From Mobula hypostoma (Eukaryota), in assembly GCF_963921235.1 (NCBI RefSeq), contig NC_086108.1, forward strand, positions 104,224,001 through 104,288,000: 64,000 bases of DNA. The letters run 5' to 3'. Position 1 is the first letter of the stretch. Every line of letters begins with the position of its first letter. Positions 26,083-39,343 of the stretch are shown one piece after another. The translations under genes and the position numbers were made by a program. The notes beneath the pieces were generated by a model that ran no database searches, was not told the DNA's origin, and saw only the letters and a list, made by a program, of their open reading frames with translations.

Positions 26083-26818
26083 ATATTCAGATCGGCATGC
26101 GCTGGCGACAAGAATGTCGTCCAGGCAAACAAAAGTAAAATCTTAAGTCTTTTAACACAGATGGCATGCACAGAAACTCAAATAGGCCACACGGGGATAT
26201 AACAGTAGTTTTGGGAATATCCTTATCCTTAGTGCACACAGGCACCTGATGGTGACTCTTGACTAAGTCCACTTTAGAAAAAGTTACCTTTCTGGTTAAA
26301 CCTGCTGAAAAGTTTGAATATGTGGGACCAGATAACAGGCGGAGGTGCTGGCCTCATTAAGGCGGTGGTAATTGCCACATGGACAGCGGCCACCATTGGA
26401 CTGAGGGATCATGCGGAGAGGCGAAGCCCAGGGGTTGTTCGACCTGCGTACAATGCCAAGCATTTTCATGTTAGCAACTCAGACCTGGCGGTTGCCAGCT
26501 TTTCTGGGTCCAGTCTACGCACACAGGCATGGACCAGCGAGTCAGTTGTGGAAATGTGGTCGAATCCATGCTCTGTGACTGCAGTGGGCTTGGTGAAGTT
26601 TGGGAATTCACCCAGCAGGCGAGGGAATTCACATGTGGTGGTGCATGTGCTAGACAGAGTTGTCATAGGGGAACTTACTGGGGGTAAAGAGTAGCGACCC
26701 AAAGTCCTTTGTGTCCACAACTCTGCAGTCCTTACGATCTACTAACAGTCCTTTGGCATACAGGAAATCTGAGCTGAGCAGGTCTAGCAACTTTAGCAAA
26801 GACAAAGTCCCACATGTA

Positions 26819-27535
26819 AAGAAGACTAAGGAGCTGGTGGTAGACCTGAGGAGAGCTACGGTACCGGCGACCCCTGTTTCCATCCAGGGGGTCAATGTGG
26901 ACATGGTGGAGGATTACAAATACCTGGGGATACGAACTGACAATAAACTGGACTGGTCAAAGAACACTGAGGCTGTCTACAAGAAGGGTCAGAGCCGTCT
27001 CTATTTTCTGAGGAGACTGAGGTCCTTTAACATCTGCTGGACGATGCTGAGGATGTTCTATGAGTCTGCGGTAGCCAGCGCTATCATGTTTGCTGTTGTG
27101 TGCTGGGGCAGCAGGCTGAGGGTAGCAGACACCAACAGAATCAACAAACTCATTCGTAAGGCCAGTGATGTTGTGGGGATGGACCTGGACTCTCTGACGG
27201 TGGTGTCTGAAAAGAGGATGCTGTCCAAGTTGCATGCCATCTTGGACAATGTCTCCCATCCACTACATAATGTACTGGGGGGGCACAGGACTCATTCCAC
27301 TGAGATGCAACACAGAGAGTCATAGGAAGTCATTCCTGCCTGTGGCCATCAAACTTTACAACTCCTCCCTTGGAGGGTCAGACACCCTGAGCCAATAGGC
27401 TGGTCCTGGACTTATTTCCTGGCATAATTTACATATTACTATTTATTATTTATGGTTCTATTACTATTTATTATTTATGGAGCAACTGTAACGAAAACCA
27501 ATTTTCCCCCGGGTCAATAAAGTATGACTATGACT
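26819..27535 (+). mobile_element. Rex1-like 3' fragment inserted in Gypsy pol
   Basis: KTKELVVDLRR, YKYLG, RLYFLRRLRSF; (atgact)n tail; candidate TSD atgta. Confidence 0.85.
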
Positions 27536-27906
27536 ATGTAGCGTCATCCACTGAAGAAGAGCATCAAGCATTGTGTCCTTCAGGTCTGGGTCCTGCTGAC
27601 ATTGGCAGCTTCCAGTGAGGGTCCATCGCTCTCTACCTTTTAATTGATGGGCAATGCTGGCAGTGAAATCACTTGGACGCCTGTGTCACATAGGAAGCGT
27701 CGCTGTGAATGGGTGTAAAGGCTGTCCGTAATGAACAATAGAAGATGCTGGCCGCTGGAACCAATGATGTTCACAGAGCTCTGATGTCCTGAGGCACTGG
27801 CACTGTTGACGCCACATAGCGGTTGGCACTTCTTGGTAGTTGTGCTGAAATATGCATGATAGAACAGACCAAGAATTGTCTGGTGTGGAGCCATGGGTGT
27901 GAGCCT

Positions 27907-29317
27907 TGTTGTGTTCTTTATACGTACTGTGGGTTACTAAGAACAAACCATATTCTGGAAGAATTAAAACTAGAATGTTTATTTACAACAGCAAACAGCA
28001 AGCACGTCTTTAACACGCAGTTTCTAGATCATTCTGTCATTTCTGCGCATGCTCCCGACTCTATCCAATCACGTTCTTACACGAGACAAGTGATATCACC
28101 ACATCTTCCTTTCCTTAAAAAGAAAAATAATTAGCAATATTGATCGGAACAAATACATAATTTAACATGTCTTTATCAGTCTCCCTGGGGGTTTACGAAC
28201 ACAAGTCGACCTTCTAAGTGGTTCACACAGTTCTTGTGTTTTGTTGTTATTTCCTTGTTGCGTCTAGTCTACAAGCTCACATCTTTTACTGTGGTTTCTC
28301 AACCCCGTAAAAAATTGATCAATTGTTTGACCAGGTCTCTGCCAACATTTGAAAAAATTGTAGCGCTCATACATCACATTACACTTCGGAATACAAAATG
28401 CTTCAAATTTGTCGATTATCACTTTTAGATTCAAATTATCTCCATTTTCAAAAGTAAAATGGTTATATACCTCAATTGCGTCATCCCCTATTACATGGAG
28501 TAAGATCTCTACTTTCATTTTTTCTGTTTTATTTGCTGCTCCGATCGCCGATAAATAAATTTCTTTTTTTTTGGCGTGTGCCTGCGTGCGTATGAGTCTG
28601 TGCGTGTGCTTCTGCCTGTGTGCGCGAGCACGTTTGTGTATGTGCGTCTGCGTGTCCGTGCGTGCGTCTGTGTGTGTGTCAGTGATGATGTCACGGCTTT
28701 TACAAGGCGCGGAGCGAGAGAGAGACTGTGTGGTGCATCACTCCTCACACAGACATTTTGCAGTATTTTTCCCTTTATTTTACGAGGTCGAGTTGCGATC
28801 TCGACACTCAACCCAGCACGGATGGAAAGCGTACTCGGGAGCGGCTCCGACTAGTTTTGAACCTGGGAACCTCCGCTCCCAGGTCCAGCGCCGATGTCGT
28901 TGCGCCACCAGCCGGCCCGATAAATAAATTTCAAAACGCTGTTTAAATCTTTTCCAGGTTTTCAGCTACGTTTCCAGTCAGCTGAAGTGTTGATGGGGGT
29001 TGCAAAACTTCCATTTTTAAAGCTGTTAGCAAACAACGAAAAAGCTTGTGCTCTTTTTTTCCCAATTATCTTCGCTTCTCCCATGTAAGCGAAACGAATT
29101 ATTCTTCCAGACCGACTTCTGACACCATGTTGTGTTCTTTACGCGTACCGTGGGTTACTAAGAACAAACCATATTCTGGAAGCATTAAAACTAGAACGTT
29201 TGTTTACAACAGCAAGCACGTCTTTAACATACATTTTCTAGATCATTCTGTCATTTCTGCGCATGCTGCTGACTCTGTCCAATCACGTTCTTACACGAGA
29301 CACGTGATATCACCGCA
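27907..29317 (-). mobile_element. Short non-autonomous LTR element (two ~190-bp LTRs, gag remnant only)
   Basis: LTRs 27907-28103 and 29128-29317; PBS tggtgtcagaag; PPT aaggaaaggaaga; 5-bp TSD agcct; gag-like ORF 28264-28518. Confidence 0.9.
28564..28918 (-). mobile_element. Young CpG-rich tRNA-derived SINE with a CA-rich body and poly(A)
   Basis: Head gggccggctggtggcgcaacg...ggttcaaaac; TSD gataaataaatttc (28550-28563, 28919-28932). Confidence 0.85.
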
Positions 29318-30114
29318 AGCCTGCTGAAGCCTCTGCGCACGGGCTTATTGAGACAGGGAAAGGAAGAGGGACAATGGACCTCCACCTGGCTGAGTGTAGA
29401 CTGTTGGGCATTTTAGCTCACTCCCTATAGTCCTTCATGAGTGTATTAGCAGGGGCTAGGAGAACTTGATCAGGCCTTTATTGCATAAAGAGTTCTTCAA
29501 AAACAAAATGAGGATGGTGGTTTCTCAGGAGAAATAGCATTTGATTCATTCGTTCTGAAAGCCTAGCATCGCAGAGGCTGGGCAAGGAACGCAACTGTTT
29601 GGCGCGCTCAGACTCAGACAGTCCAAAAGTCTAATAGGTGAGTTGTCAGAGTAGCATACTTATCATGTGTGCTGGTGGGTCTTCCAGTACACTCACCACT
29701 CTGACTGCAGTGGAACTACTTAGAGACGCTACGGTGTAATTAAATTTGGTGTTGTCCTTGGTTTTTTCTCACTGTGTGAATTGGGCTTCTGCCTGTGCAA
29801 ACCACCCAGTACTGTGCTGCTCCCAAAACTCCAGCAGCTTCAAAGGGACTGGTTGACATGTCATTGAGTAACTCTGGAAATGTCTGAGACCAATGTAGAT
29901 TTTGTGAATTAAACACACAAGAGTCATTTTATGTGCGTAACGAAAGCCGTAACCCTTTACTTCCATTATGAAAAAACCAAAAGTAGTCGCCTTATGTTGA
30001 TGTCATTATGTCAGACACCGTCTTTTAAAGTGGACACAGCGACTCAGTGATGGTGTCTGTGAATTAGGTGGAACAGTATATGTCATCTGTTACCCATTAC
30101 ATAACCCTACAATG

Positions 30115-30370
30115 CCATGAAATGGACTTTTAGCATCAACGACCACAGTCTGAGGAATGTACTGGGGGTAGACCCTAAGTATCACCATACTTCCAGTACC
30201 AACATAGCAAGCTCATAATTTACTAACCCCAACCCTAATCTGTATACCTTTGGTATATGGGAGGAAACCAGGGCACCAGGAAGAAACCCATGCCGTCCTG
30301 GGGAGAGTGTACCAACTCCTAACAGAGTGTGGTGGGATTTGAACCCAGATTGATGATCACTGGTCCCATG
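30115..30370 (-). mobile_element. HE1/V-SINE-like SINE (old)
   Basis: gggaggaaaccagggcaccaggaagaaaccca is the reverse-complement core. Confidence 0.65.
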
Positions 30371-30444
30371 GTATTAAAGGGCAGATACCTTTATTCGTTA
30401 AGATCTCTGAGGTGAGTTTGCTTAATGAGTAGAGAGAAAGCTTT

Positions 30445-31045
30445 GGAATTAGAATCAGAATCAGATTTATATTCAGTGACTTAGTTGTTTTGTGACAGCA
30501 GTACAGTGCAAAGATATAAAACGTCTCTAAAATAAATAATAGTGCAAAACTTAGAGGAATAATGAGCTAGTGTGCTTGGGTTCACGGACCATTCAGAAAC
30601 CTGATGACGGAGGGGACAACATGAACACAAGAGATTCTGCAGATGCTGGAAATCCAGAGCAAGACACACAACATGCTGGAGGAATTCAGTCGGTCAGGCA
30701 TCAGCGATGGAGGGGAAGAAACAGTCGACACTTCGGGCTGGGACTCTTCATCAGGATGGATGGGACGAAGCTTCATATGAATCTTCAGACTCCGGTATCA
30801 CCTCCTCCGATGGTAGTAATGAGAGGATGCCATGACCCTGGTGGTGAGGGCCCTTTGAGTTGGATGCCAGCTTCTTGAGGCATTACCTCTTGGAAAGACC
30901 TTGCTGGTGGGGAGGCTTGTGCCTGTGCTGGAGCTGGCTGAGCTTACAACCCTCTGCAGCCGCTTGCAATCCTGTGTGATGGAGTCTCTACACCAGGCTG
31001 TGATAGAAACGTGCAAGTCTTTGGTGACACACTGAACCTCCGAAC
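30445..31045 (-). mobile_element. Rex1-like 3' fragment with an inserted Penelope terminus (~30620-30757)
   Basis: (agaatc) tail; minus-strand cctgatgaagagtcccagcccgaagtgtcgact. Confidence 0.6.
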
Positions 31046-31575
31046 CTCCTAAGAAAAGTCCCGATAAGGTGGCAGTGCGCTTGATCGCTGCCGCCTCTCT
31101 GGGTCTGAACAAAGGTGTAATCATTTGCCCCTTATGTTTCTTTTTATGATCACAAGACGCTGCTGGATATTAAGAACTCCAAGTGGTACAGGTCTACCCA
31201 ACCAGAGAATTGCTCGGTAGCAGTGGAGCTGGACTTTCTGCGCACCATGTTGCCACCTGCTATGGCCACATAAGGAGGAAGGTGTCAGGGGCGGCCCGCC
31301 GAGCTGGCGTGCAGTCCAACAAATGGTGTAAGTGATTGCCTTGGACGTTTTGCTTGTGCCTGCAAGACTCTGTTGGCCGTTGGTAAGGTGGAATATGGCA
31401 AATCTGGTTCACTGGTCCACTGGGAGACTGATGGTGGGGAAGATGAGTGGACTCGTGTTGCGGGGTCACCTGTTGTAGCTGCCCCGGCGGGGAGAATGCT
31501 GGAGGCTGTGTGGTGTGGTGGGCATCCATGCAGGGTTGGCAGCTGGTCGCTCCTGCTGGCGCTGCCCTCTCCCAT

Positions 31576-31887
31576 TAAAGGCATTCGTTAGTCTTGCGAG
31601 ACCATGGATCTGCGCCTGGAAAGTCTTTACTCTCCAGGGTGCAGGCCTGGGCAAGGTTGTATGGAAGACCAGCAGTTGCCCATGCTGCAAGTCTCCCCTC
31701 TCCACGACACCAATGTTGTCCAAGGGAAGGGCATTAGGACCCATACAACTTGGCACCAGTGTCATCGCAGAGCAATGTGTGATTAAGTGTCTTGCTCAAG
31801 GACACAACACGTGTTGCCTTGGCTGGGGCTCGAACTCATGACCTTCAGGTCGCTAGTCCAATGCCTTAACCACTAGGCCACGTGCCC
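31576..31887 (-). mobile_element. tRNA/RTE-tail SINE, second copy
   Basis: Reverse complement of 23934-24245; TSD tctcccat (31568-31575, 31888-31895). Confidence 0.9.
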
Positions 31888-32389
31888 TCTCCCATCAGTG
31901 CTGCCTTCCAGTGTTTGCTTGGTGGAAAATCTGGATTGCAGTCATCTCTGGCTGCACTAGTGTGTGGTGAGGACTGATGAAGGCTACTGTGGGCTTGTTC
32001 TTGAAGAAAGGCCGTTCCAGGTCAACATCCCATGTACCATCTACACACCATGACACTCAAAGTTCAAAGTACTACAGCATATATAGTCTTGAGATTCGCC
32101 TCCTTACAGGTAGTCACAAAACAAAGAAGCCCGATACAACCCATTAAATATCCCGCCACGATATCACACAATATAGGACCGCTGAGTCTTTCAAAGGCAG
32201 AGGAGGTGAAGTACGCTTTATCATCAACTCCTTATGCTTTACAAATGTGGTAGCTCTGTCTCAGTTGCAAACACATTTTCAATCTCTCATTGCTACAGTC
32301 AGAAGTTCCTATCTGCTTCTAAAGGGCAACAATCATACCAGTGCCCAAGAAGAGCAGGGTGAGCTGCTTACTGATATTCATCCATTAGC

Positions 32390-33045
32390 ATTCCTACAGT
32401 TCTGACCAAAAAACTCCAAAAGCCGTTGTACCTCCCTCTGAAACTGGATCCTTGACTTCCTCACTGGAAGACCACAGCCTGTGTGGATTGGAAATAGCAT
32501 CCCCACCTCGCTGATAATCAACACTGGTGCACCTCAGGGACGTGTGCTTAGCCCACTGCTCTACTCTCTCTACACTCATGGCTGTGTGGCTGTGGGGCTC
32601 AAATGCCATCTGTAAATTTGCTGATGACACAACTATTGTTGGCAGAATTTCAGATGGTGATAAGAAGGCTTATGAGAGCGAGATATATCAGCTAGTGGAG
32701 TGGTGTTGCAGCAACTAGCTTGCACTCAATGTCAGTAAGACCAAAGAACTGATAGTGCATCGCAGAGAGGGAAAGACAAGGGAACACAGTCCTCATAGAG
32801 GGATCAGAAGTAAAGAGTGAGCAATTTCAAGTTTTTGGGCCCAACATATTGTTACAAAGAGGCACAATGGTGGTCTTATTTCATTAGGGGTTTGAGGAGA
32901 TTTAGTATGTCACCAAAGACGTTCACAAGTTTCTACAGATGTACTGTGGAGAGCATTCTGACTGGTTGCATCACCGTCTGGTACAGGGGGTGGGGGTAGG
33001 GGGTTGCTATTGCACAGGAATGAAAGAAGCTGCAGAAAGTTGTGC
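32390..33045 (+). mobile_element. Rex1-like RT fragment
   Basis: [23 protein letters not shown]. Confidence 0.8.
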
Positions 33046-33051
33046 ATTACA

Positions 33052-34112
33052 AGATAGATAGACAGACACTTTATTGATCCCAAAGGGAATTACAGTGTCA
33101 TAGTAGCATTACAAGTTCACAGATATACAATTAGACAAGCAGTAAGAAGAATAAATAAAAAATAAGTTACCTCAAACAGTCTAACTGGAGGGGGTGGGGT
33201 CATCACTTCCCTGGTTACAGGTTGACTCATTATGGAGCCTAATGGCCGAGGGTAAGAATGACCTTGTATAGTGCTCTTTGGAGCAGTGCAGTTGTCTTAG
33301 TCTGTTACTAAAAGTGCTCCTCTGTTCGGCCAAGGTGGCATGCAGAGGGTGAGAAACATTGTTCAGAATTGCCAGGGTTTTCCAGAGGGTCTTTTGTTCT
33401 ACCACAGCCTCCAGTGTGTTCAGTTTGACTCCTATGAAAGAGCCAGCCTTTCTAATCCGCTTATTGAGCTTTTTGGCATCACCTGTGTTGATGTCATTGC
33501 CCCAGCACCCCACCACATAGAAGATTGCACTGGCGACAACAGACTGGTAGAACGTGGGAAGGAGAGGCCTGAGTACTCCAAAGGACCTTAGTCCCCTCGG
33601 AAAGTAGAGATGATTCTGGCCCTTCTTGTTTCTGTGTTGGTGGTCCATTCAAGTCTTCCAGGTGCACCCTCAGGTACTTGTAGGTCCTCACCATATCCAC
33701 ATCTTTACCATCTATAGTAACAAGGAACAGTGCAGGCTTAGTCTTCCTAAAGTCCATCACCGTCTCCTTTGTCTTACTGATGTTGAGCTGCAGATGGTTC
33801 AGCTTGCAGCATTCGACAAAATCCTCCACCAGGCCCGGTATTCATCCTCCTGTCCTCCCCATGTATCCAACTATTGCTGAGTCATCAAAGAATTTCTGCA
33901 GATGACATGACTCAGTGTTGTATCTAAGGTATACAGGGTAAACAGGAAGGGAGACAATACAGTCCCCTGTGGGGCCCCAGTGCTGCTTATAGCCATGTCT
34001 GACACACAACTCTGAGGTTGCATAAACTGTGGTCTGCCATTTGGGTAGTCCATTATCCAGGATACAATGGAAGTGCAAACCTGCATTGACCAGAGCATTT
34101 CCCACAGCAATA
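33052..34112 (-). mobile_element. Rex1-like RT and 3' end
   Basis: TGAPQGTVLSPFLF; LQLNISKTKE; (gata/gaca) tail. Confidence 0.85.
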
Positions 34113-34129
34113 AGGGTTGTATGGTGTTG

Positions 34130-34455
34130 AGGGCACTGTAGTGGAATCATTGCTTAACACTGTACAGTGCCAAGGATTGGAAGATTGGGGTTCAATTCCC
34201 TTTGCTGTCTGCAAGGAGTTTGCACGTTCTCCCTATGACCTTGTACATTCCCACTGGGTGCTCTGCTTTCCTCCGACATCCCAACGATGTACCGGATAGG
34301 GTTAGTAGGTTGTGGGCATTCTACGTTGGCCCAGAAGCATTGCAACACTGGCGGCTGCCCACAGCGTATCTTCGGCCTATATTGGTCGTTAACACAAATG
34401 ACACATTTCACTGGATGTTTCGATGTACATGTGACAAATAAAGCTAATCTTTAGC
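34130..34455 (+). mobile_element. HE1/V-SINE-like SINE
   Basis: ggttcaattccc B box; gggtgctctgctttcctcc core; tail acaaataaagctaatctt. Confidence 0.7.
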
Positions 34456-34577
34456 TTTGTCAATTTCTCTTTACACTGTTAATGTTCTCCTCAAGTTTCT
34501 AGCACTTTGAACAAACTTCTAGAATTGGCTCAATGTCAAATTCTGATTGATAACTCCTGCTATGAAGCGTCTTTTTT

Positions 34578-35056
34578 TTTAAATTTTATTTTTATTTGGA
34601 TAAGGAGTTCACAATTATCATGTACTTTTTTCACACATATAACCTTTTCCATTTTTTTATATGTATAAAACTACAATTATTTATACATTCTTAAGTACAC
34701 ATTGAGATGATATAAAAGCAAAATAAACATTTAAATAGATAATTATGTACTGTGGTAAATCTAACCTATTAGGCTAAGTAATGAAATTAGTTGTTAAGAA
34801 AAATGGTAATAATAGTTTCCATACAACCCTTCTGGACCATTTCCACTGGTCCAAAATGTTGCATACAAGCCTATATACCAACCATTGTAGGTGTTTATAT
34901 CCCAATTTGTTCGTGCTTGTTCCTGCCCGCAGACATAATTATCCAATCCCTATGTACTTATTTACTTAATTTTTTCATTTTTTTTATCTCTTTCCCAAAT
35001 CTTTCCCTTTACTTGTGTTAATTCTCTATTTTCCAAAAAAAAACAACAAACATTTA
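34578..35056 (-). mobile_element. L1/Tx1 3' end with poly(A)
   Basis: TSD gaagcgtctttttt (34564-34577, 35057-35070); FWTSGNGPEGLYG/QHFG-type C-terminal remnant; long T tract on +. Confidence 0.8.
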
Positions 35057-35164
35057 GAAGCGTCTTTTTTCTATAGGAATGCAGGATTACCGTCCGATTC
35101 CTGAACGGGCATTGAGCCCATGAACACCATCTCACTACCTTTTTATTTTTTAATTTACCTTCGT

Positions 35165-35345
35165 CGGAAAAACAGCACCAAGACAACACTGGAGGACAGT
35201 GCCTTCAAGTGCAGTCGCTGCAGCCGAGACTGTCACTCCCGTGTGGGCCTCTACAGCCACAACAGATGCTGCTCTAACACAGACTGAAGCAAGACTTTCC
35301 AGGCACAGATCCATGGTCTCAAGAGACTAACAGATGCCACCACTT
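35165..35345 (+). mobile_element. RTE-clade LINE extreme 3' end
   Basis: FKCSRCSRDCHSRVGLYSHNRCC-stop C-terminal motif plus a short 3' UTR. Confidence 0.75.
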
Positions 35346-36447
35346 ATTTAATTTACCTATTTAATATATATACTAAACGTAATTCACAGTTTTTTTCCCT
35401 CTCTATTATCATGTATTGCACTGTACTGCTGCTGCAAAGTTAACAAATTTCACGATGTATGCCAGTGATAATAAACCTGATTCTGATTGTTGTGGTTCTG
35501 GTGGGGGGTCTCTGACCTGAAACATCGTCTCTGCTTCTCTCCCCACAGATGCCGCCTGAACTGCTGATCGTTTCCACCATCTTCTGGGGTTGTCCACTGT
35601 GGAGTAGTTAATGGAGAGGAACGTGAGTTAGAGAAGGTGCAAAGAATTCGGGTGCATTTAGAGTTTAGGCTAAACAAGAGAGGGGTTTGCTGCGTGGGAG
35701 TATTTCCGAGGAGATGCTTCTAAACAAATCAAGGATCAAGGAGACAGTGGAAGAGGCGACTACAGACACGAAAAACAGAGGGCTGCCCGTTAGCGTGGTC
35801 AAACCAAGGGAAAGCCTGGCTGAGCAGTTATCCCGATCTGCTTGGGAAATAGTAAGCGAACCGAGAAATCAGGGAACGGGAGGAGGGCGAGAGAAAAATA
35901 TCAGGAAGAGACTGTGAGTTTTCTGAAGACAGCCCTCACCCCCTCCAGAAGACCCATAAGGTTTGGCTAACTTTAAAAGTGTTGATAAGCTAAACAGAAG
36001 CAAAATTAGATGGTGCTATACCTATCTCAAGAAAGACTTATTATAATGTGGATTTTATATTCATTCACTCCTTTTCCCCCACTTAAATGAGAATACTGTA
36101 TATATATAGGAGGAATACACAGGGAAATCTTTCCTGTGTTGGGGACCCTCAACTCACAGGTAGGAGGGGCTGTCCCCCATGGCTAGTCGTTTCCTCTATC
36201 TCAACTCAGGGTCAACTACTAGAGACCTCAGCTTTGGAATTACAATTCCGTTGGCTTTTTTTATTATTCGCGTTTCTTTGTTCTTATTTGTTCAGGGAGT
36301 AGATCAATAAAGTTTTATTCTGCTAATTTCAATGATATTGACAGATAAATACACATGGCTAAGGACCATAGAACCATAGAACCATAGAAACTACAGCACA
36401 GAAACAGGCCCTTTGGCCCTTCTTGGCTGTGCCGAACCATTTTCTGC

Positions 36448-39180
36448 CTAGTCCCACTGACCTGCACACGGACCATATCCCTCCATACACCTCCCATCCA
36501 TGTATCTGTCCAATTTATTCTTAAATGTTAAAAAATAACCAGCATTTACCACCTCATCTGGCAGCTCATTCCACACTCCCACCACTCTCTGTGTGAAGAA
36601 GCCCCCCCCAATGTTCCCTTTAAACTTTTCCCCCCTCACCCTTAACCCATGTCCTCTGGTTTTTTTCTCCCCTTGCCTCAGTGGAAAAAGCCTGCTTGCA
36701 TTCACTCTATCTATACCCATCATAATTTTATATACCTCTATCAAATCTCCCCTCATTCTTCTACGCTCCAGGGAATAAAGTCCTAACTTATTCAACCTTT
36801 CTCTGTAACTGAGTTTCTCAAGTCCCAGCAACATCCTTGTAAACCTTCTCTGCACTCTTTCAACCTTATTTATATCCTTCCTGTAATTTGGTGACCAAAA
36901 CTGAACACAATACTCCAGATTCGGCCTCACCAATGCCTTATACAACCTCATCATAACATTCCAGCTCTTATACTCAATACTTCGATTAATAAAGGCCAAT
37001 GTACCAAAAGCTCTCTTTACGACCCTATCTACCTGTGACGACACTTTTAGGGAATTTTGTATCTGTATTCCCAGATCCCTCTGTTCCACTGCACTCCTCA
37101 GTGCCTTACCATTAACCTTGTATGTTCTACGTTGGTTTGTCCTTCCAATCTGCAATACCTCACACTTGTCAGTATTAAACTCCATCTGCCATTTTTCAGC
37201 CCATTTTTCCAGCTGGTCCAAGTCCCTCTGCAGGCTCTGAAAACCTTCCTCACTGTCTACTACACCTCCAATCTTTGTATCATCAGCAAACTTGCTGATC
37301 CAATTTACCACATTATCATCCAGATCATTGATAAAGATGACAAATAACAATGGACCCAGCACTGATCCCTGTGGCACACCACTAGTCACAGGCCTCCACT
37401 CAGAGAAGCAATTCTCTACCACCACTCTCTGGCTTCTTCCATCAAGCCAATGTCTAATCCAATTTACCACCTCTCCATGTATACCTAGTGACTGAATTTT
37501 CCTAACTAACCTCCCATGCGGGACCTTGTCAAAGGCCTTACTGAAGTCCATGTAGACAATATCCACTGCCTTCCCTTCATCCACTTTCCTGGTAACCTCC
37601 TCGAAAAACTCCAACAGATTGGTCAAACATGACCTACCACGCACAAAGCCATGTTGACTCTCCCTAATAAGCCCCTGTCTCTTAGTACTCCCTCCAATAA
37701 CTTACCTACTACTGATGTTAAACTCACCGGCCTATAATTTCCCAGATTACTTCTCGATCCTTTTTTAAACAACGGAACAACATGAACCACTCTCCAATCC
37801 TCCGGCACTTCACCCGTAGACAGCGACATTTTAAATATTTCTGCCAGGGCCCCCACAATTTCAACACTAGTCTCCTTCAAGGTTCGAGGGAACACTCTGT
37901 CAGGTCCCGGGAATTTATCCACTTTAATTTTCCTCAAGACAGCAAGCACCTCCTCCTTTTCAATCTGTACAGTTTCCATGGTCTCACTACTTGATTCCCT
38001 CAATTCCATAGATTTCATGCCAGCTTCCTTAGTAAATACAGACGCAAAAAACCTATTTAAGATCTCCCCCATTTCCTTTGGTTCCGCACAAAGCCGACCA
38101 TTCTGATCTTCAAGAGGACCAATTTTATCCCTTACAATCCTTTTGCTCTTAATATACTTGTAAATGCTCTTTGGATTATCCTTCACTTTGACTGCCAAGG
38201 CAACCTCATGTCTTCTTTTAGCCCTCCTGATTTCTTTCTTAAGTATTTTCTTGCACTTCTTATACTCCTCAAGCACCTGATTTACCCCCTGTTTCCTATA
38301 CATTTCATACAACTCCCTCTTCTTCTTTATCAGAGTTGCAATATCCCTTGAGAACCAAGGTTCCTTATTCCTATTCAATTTGCCTTTAATTCTGACAGGA
38401 ACATACAAACTCTGCACTCTCAAAATTTCCCCTTTGAAGGCTTCCCACCTACCAATCACATCTTTGCCAGAGAACAACCTGTCCCAATCCACGCTTTTTA
38501 GATCCTTTCTCATTTCTTCAAATTTGGCCTTCTTCCAGTTCAGAACCTTAACCCTAGGACCAGATCTATCCTTGTCCATGATCAAATTGAAACTAATGGT
38601 GTTATGTATCACTGGAATCAAAGTGCTCCCCTACACAGACTTCTGTCACTTGCCCTAATTCATTTCCTAACAGGAGATCCAATATTGCATCCCCTCTAGT
38701 TGGTCCCTCTATATATTGATGTAGAAAACTTTCCTGAACACATTTTACAAACTCTAAACCATCTAGACCCCTAACAGTATGGGAGTCCCAATCAATGTAT
38801 GGAAAATTAAAATCCCCTACCACCACAACTTTATGTTTCCTGCAGTTGCCTGCTATCTCTCTGCAGATTTGCTCTTCCAAGTCTTGTTGACTATTGGGTG
38901 GTCTGTAATACAATCCCACTAATGTGGCCATACCTTTCCTGTTTCTCAGCTCCACCCATAAGGACTCAGTAGTCAAGCCCTCTAATCTGTCCTGCCTGAG
39001 CACTGCTGTAATATTTTCCCTAACAAGCAATGCTACTCCCCCACCTTTCATTCTTCTGCCTCGATCACATCTGAAACATTGGAACCCTGGAATATTAAGC
39101 TGCCAGTCCTGCCCCTCCTGTAGCCAAGTTTCACTATTTGCTACAACATCATAATTCCACGTGTCAATCCATGCCCTCAA
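36448..39180 (-). pseudogene. CR1 ORF2 (AP endonuclease and reverse transcriptase), frameshifted
   Basis: ETWL, YYRPP, GDFN; NYRPVSLTS; GVPQGSVLGP, KFADDTK. Confidence 0.92.
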
Positions 39181-39343
39181 CTCATCCGCCTTCCCCGCAA
39201 TACTCCTAGCATTGAAATATATACATCTCAGAAGATTTTTACCACCACTCTATCAGCGGATTTGCTTAAACTTTCAACATCATTTATTTTCACCCCAGCC
39301 ACACTGTCAGCTCTGGCACTCTGGTTCCCATCCCCCTGCAAAT

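Larger units (their letters stand above)
20795..30111 (-). mobile_element. Decayed Gypsy LTR retrotransposon hosting many nested insertions
   Basis: Diverged LTR pair ~20795-21032 and 29894-30111; gag LKLLEFW...WFAQAEAQF (~29770-29860); protease FLCDTG (~27680); RT (26090-26720); RNase H/integrase (21050-23617); domain order collinear; no TSD seen. Confidence 0.75.

Noticed and set aside
25916..26171. YI/CV/HT-repeat ORFs
   Set aside because: Microsatellite translations
36448..37644. 398-aa ORF as a host gene
   Set aside because: It is CR1 reverse transcriptase inside a frameshifted element
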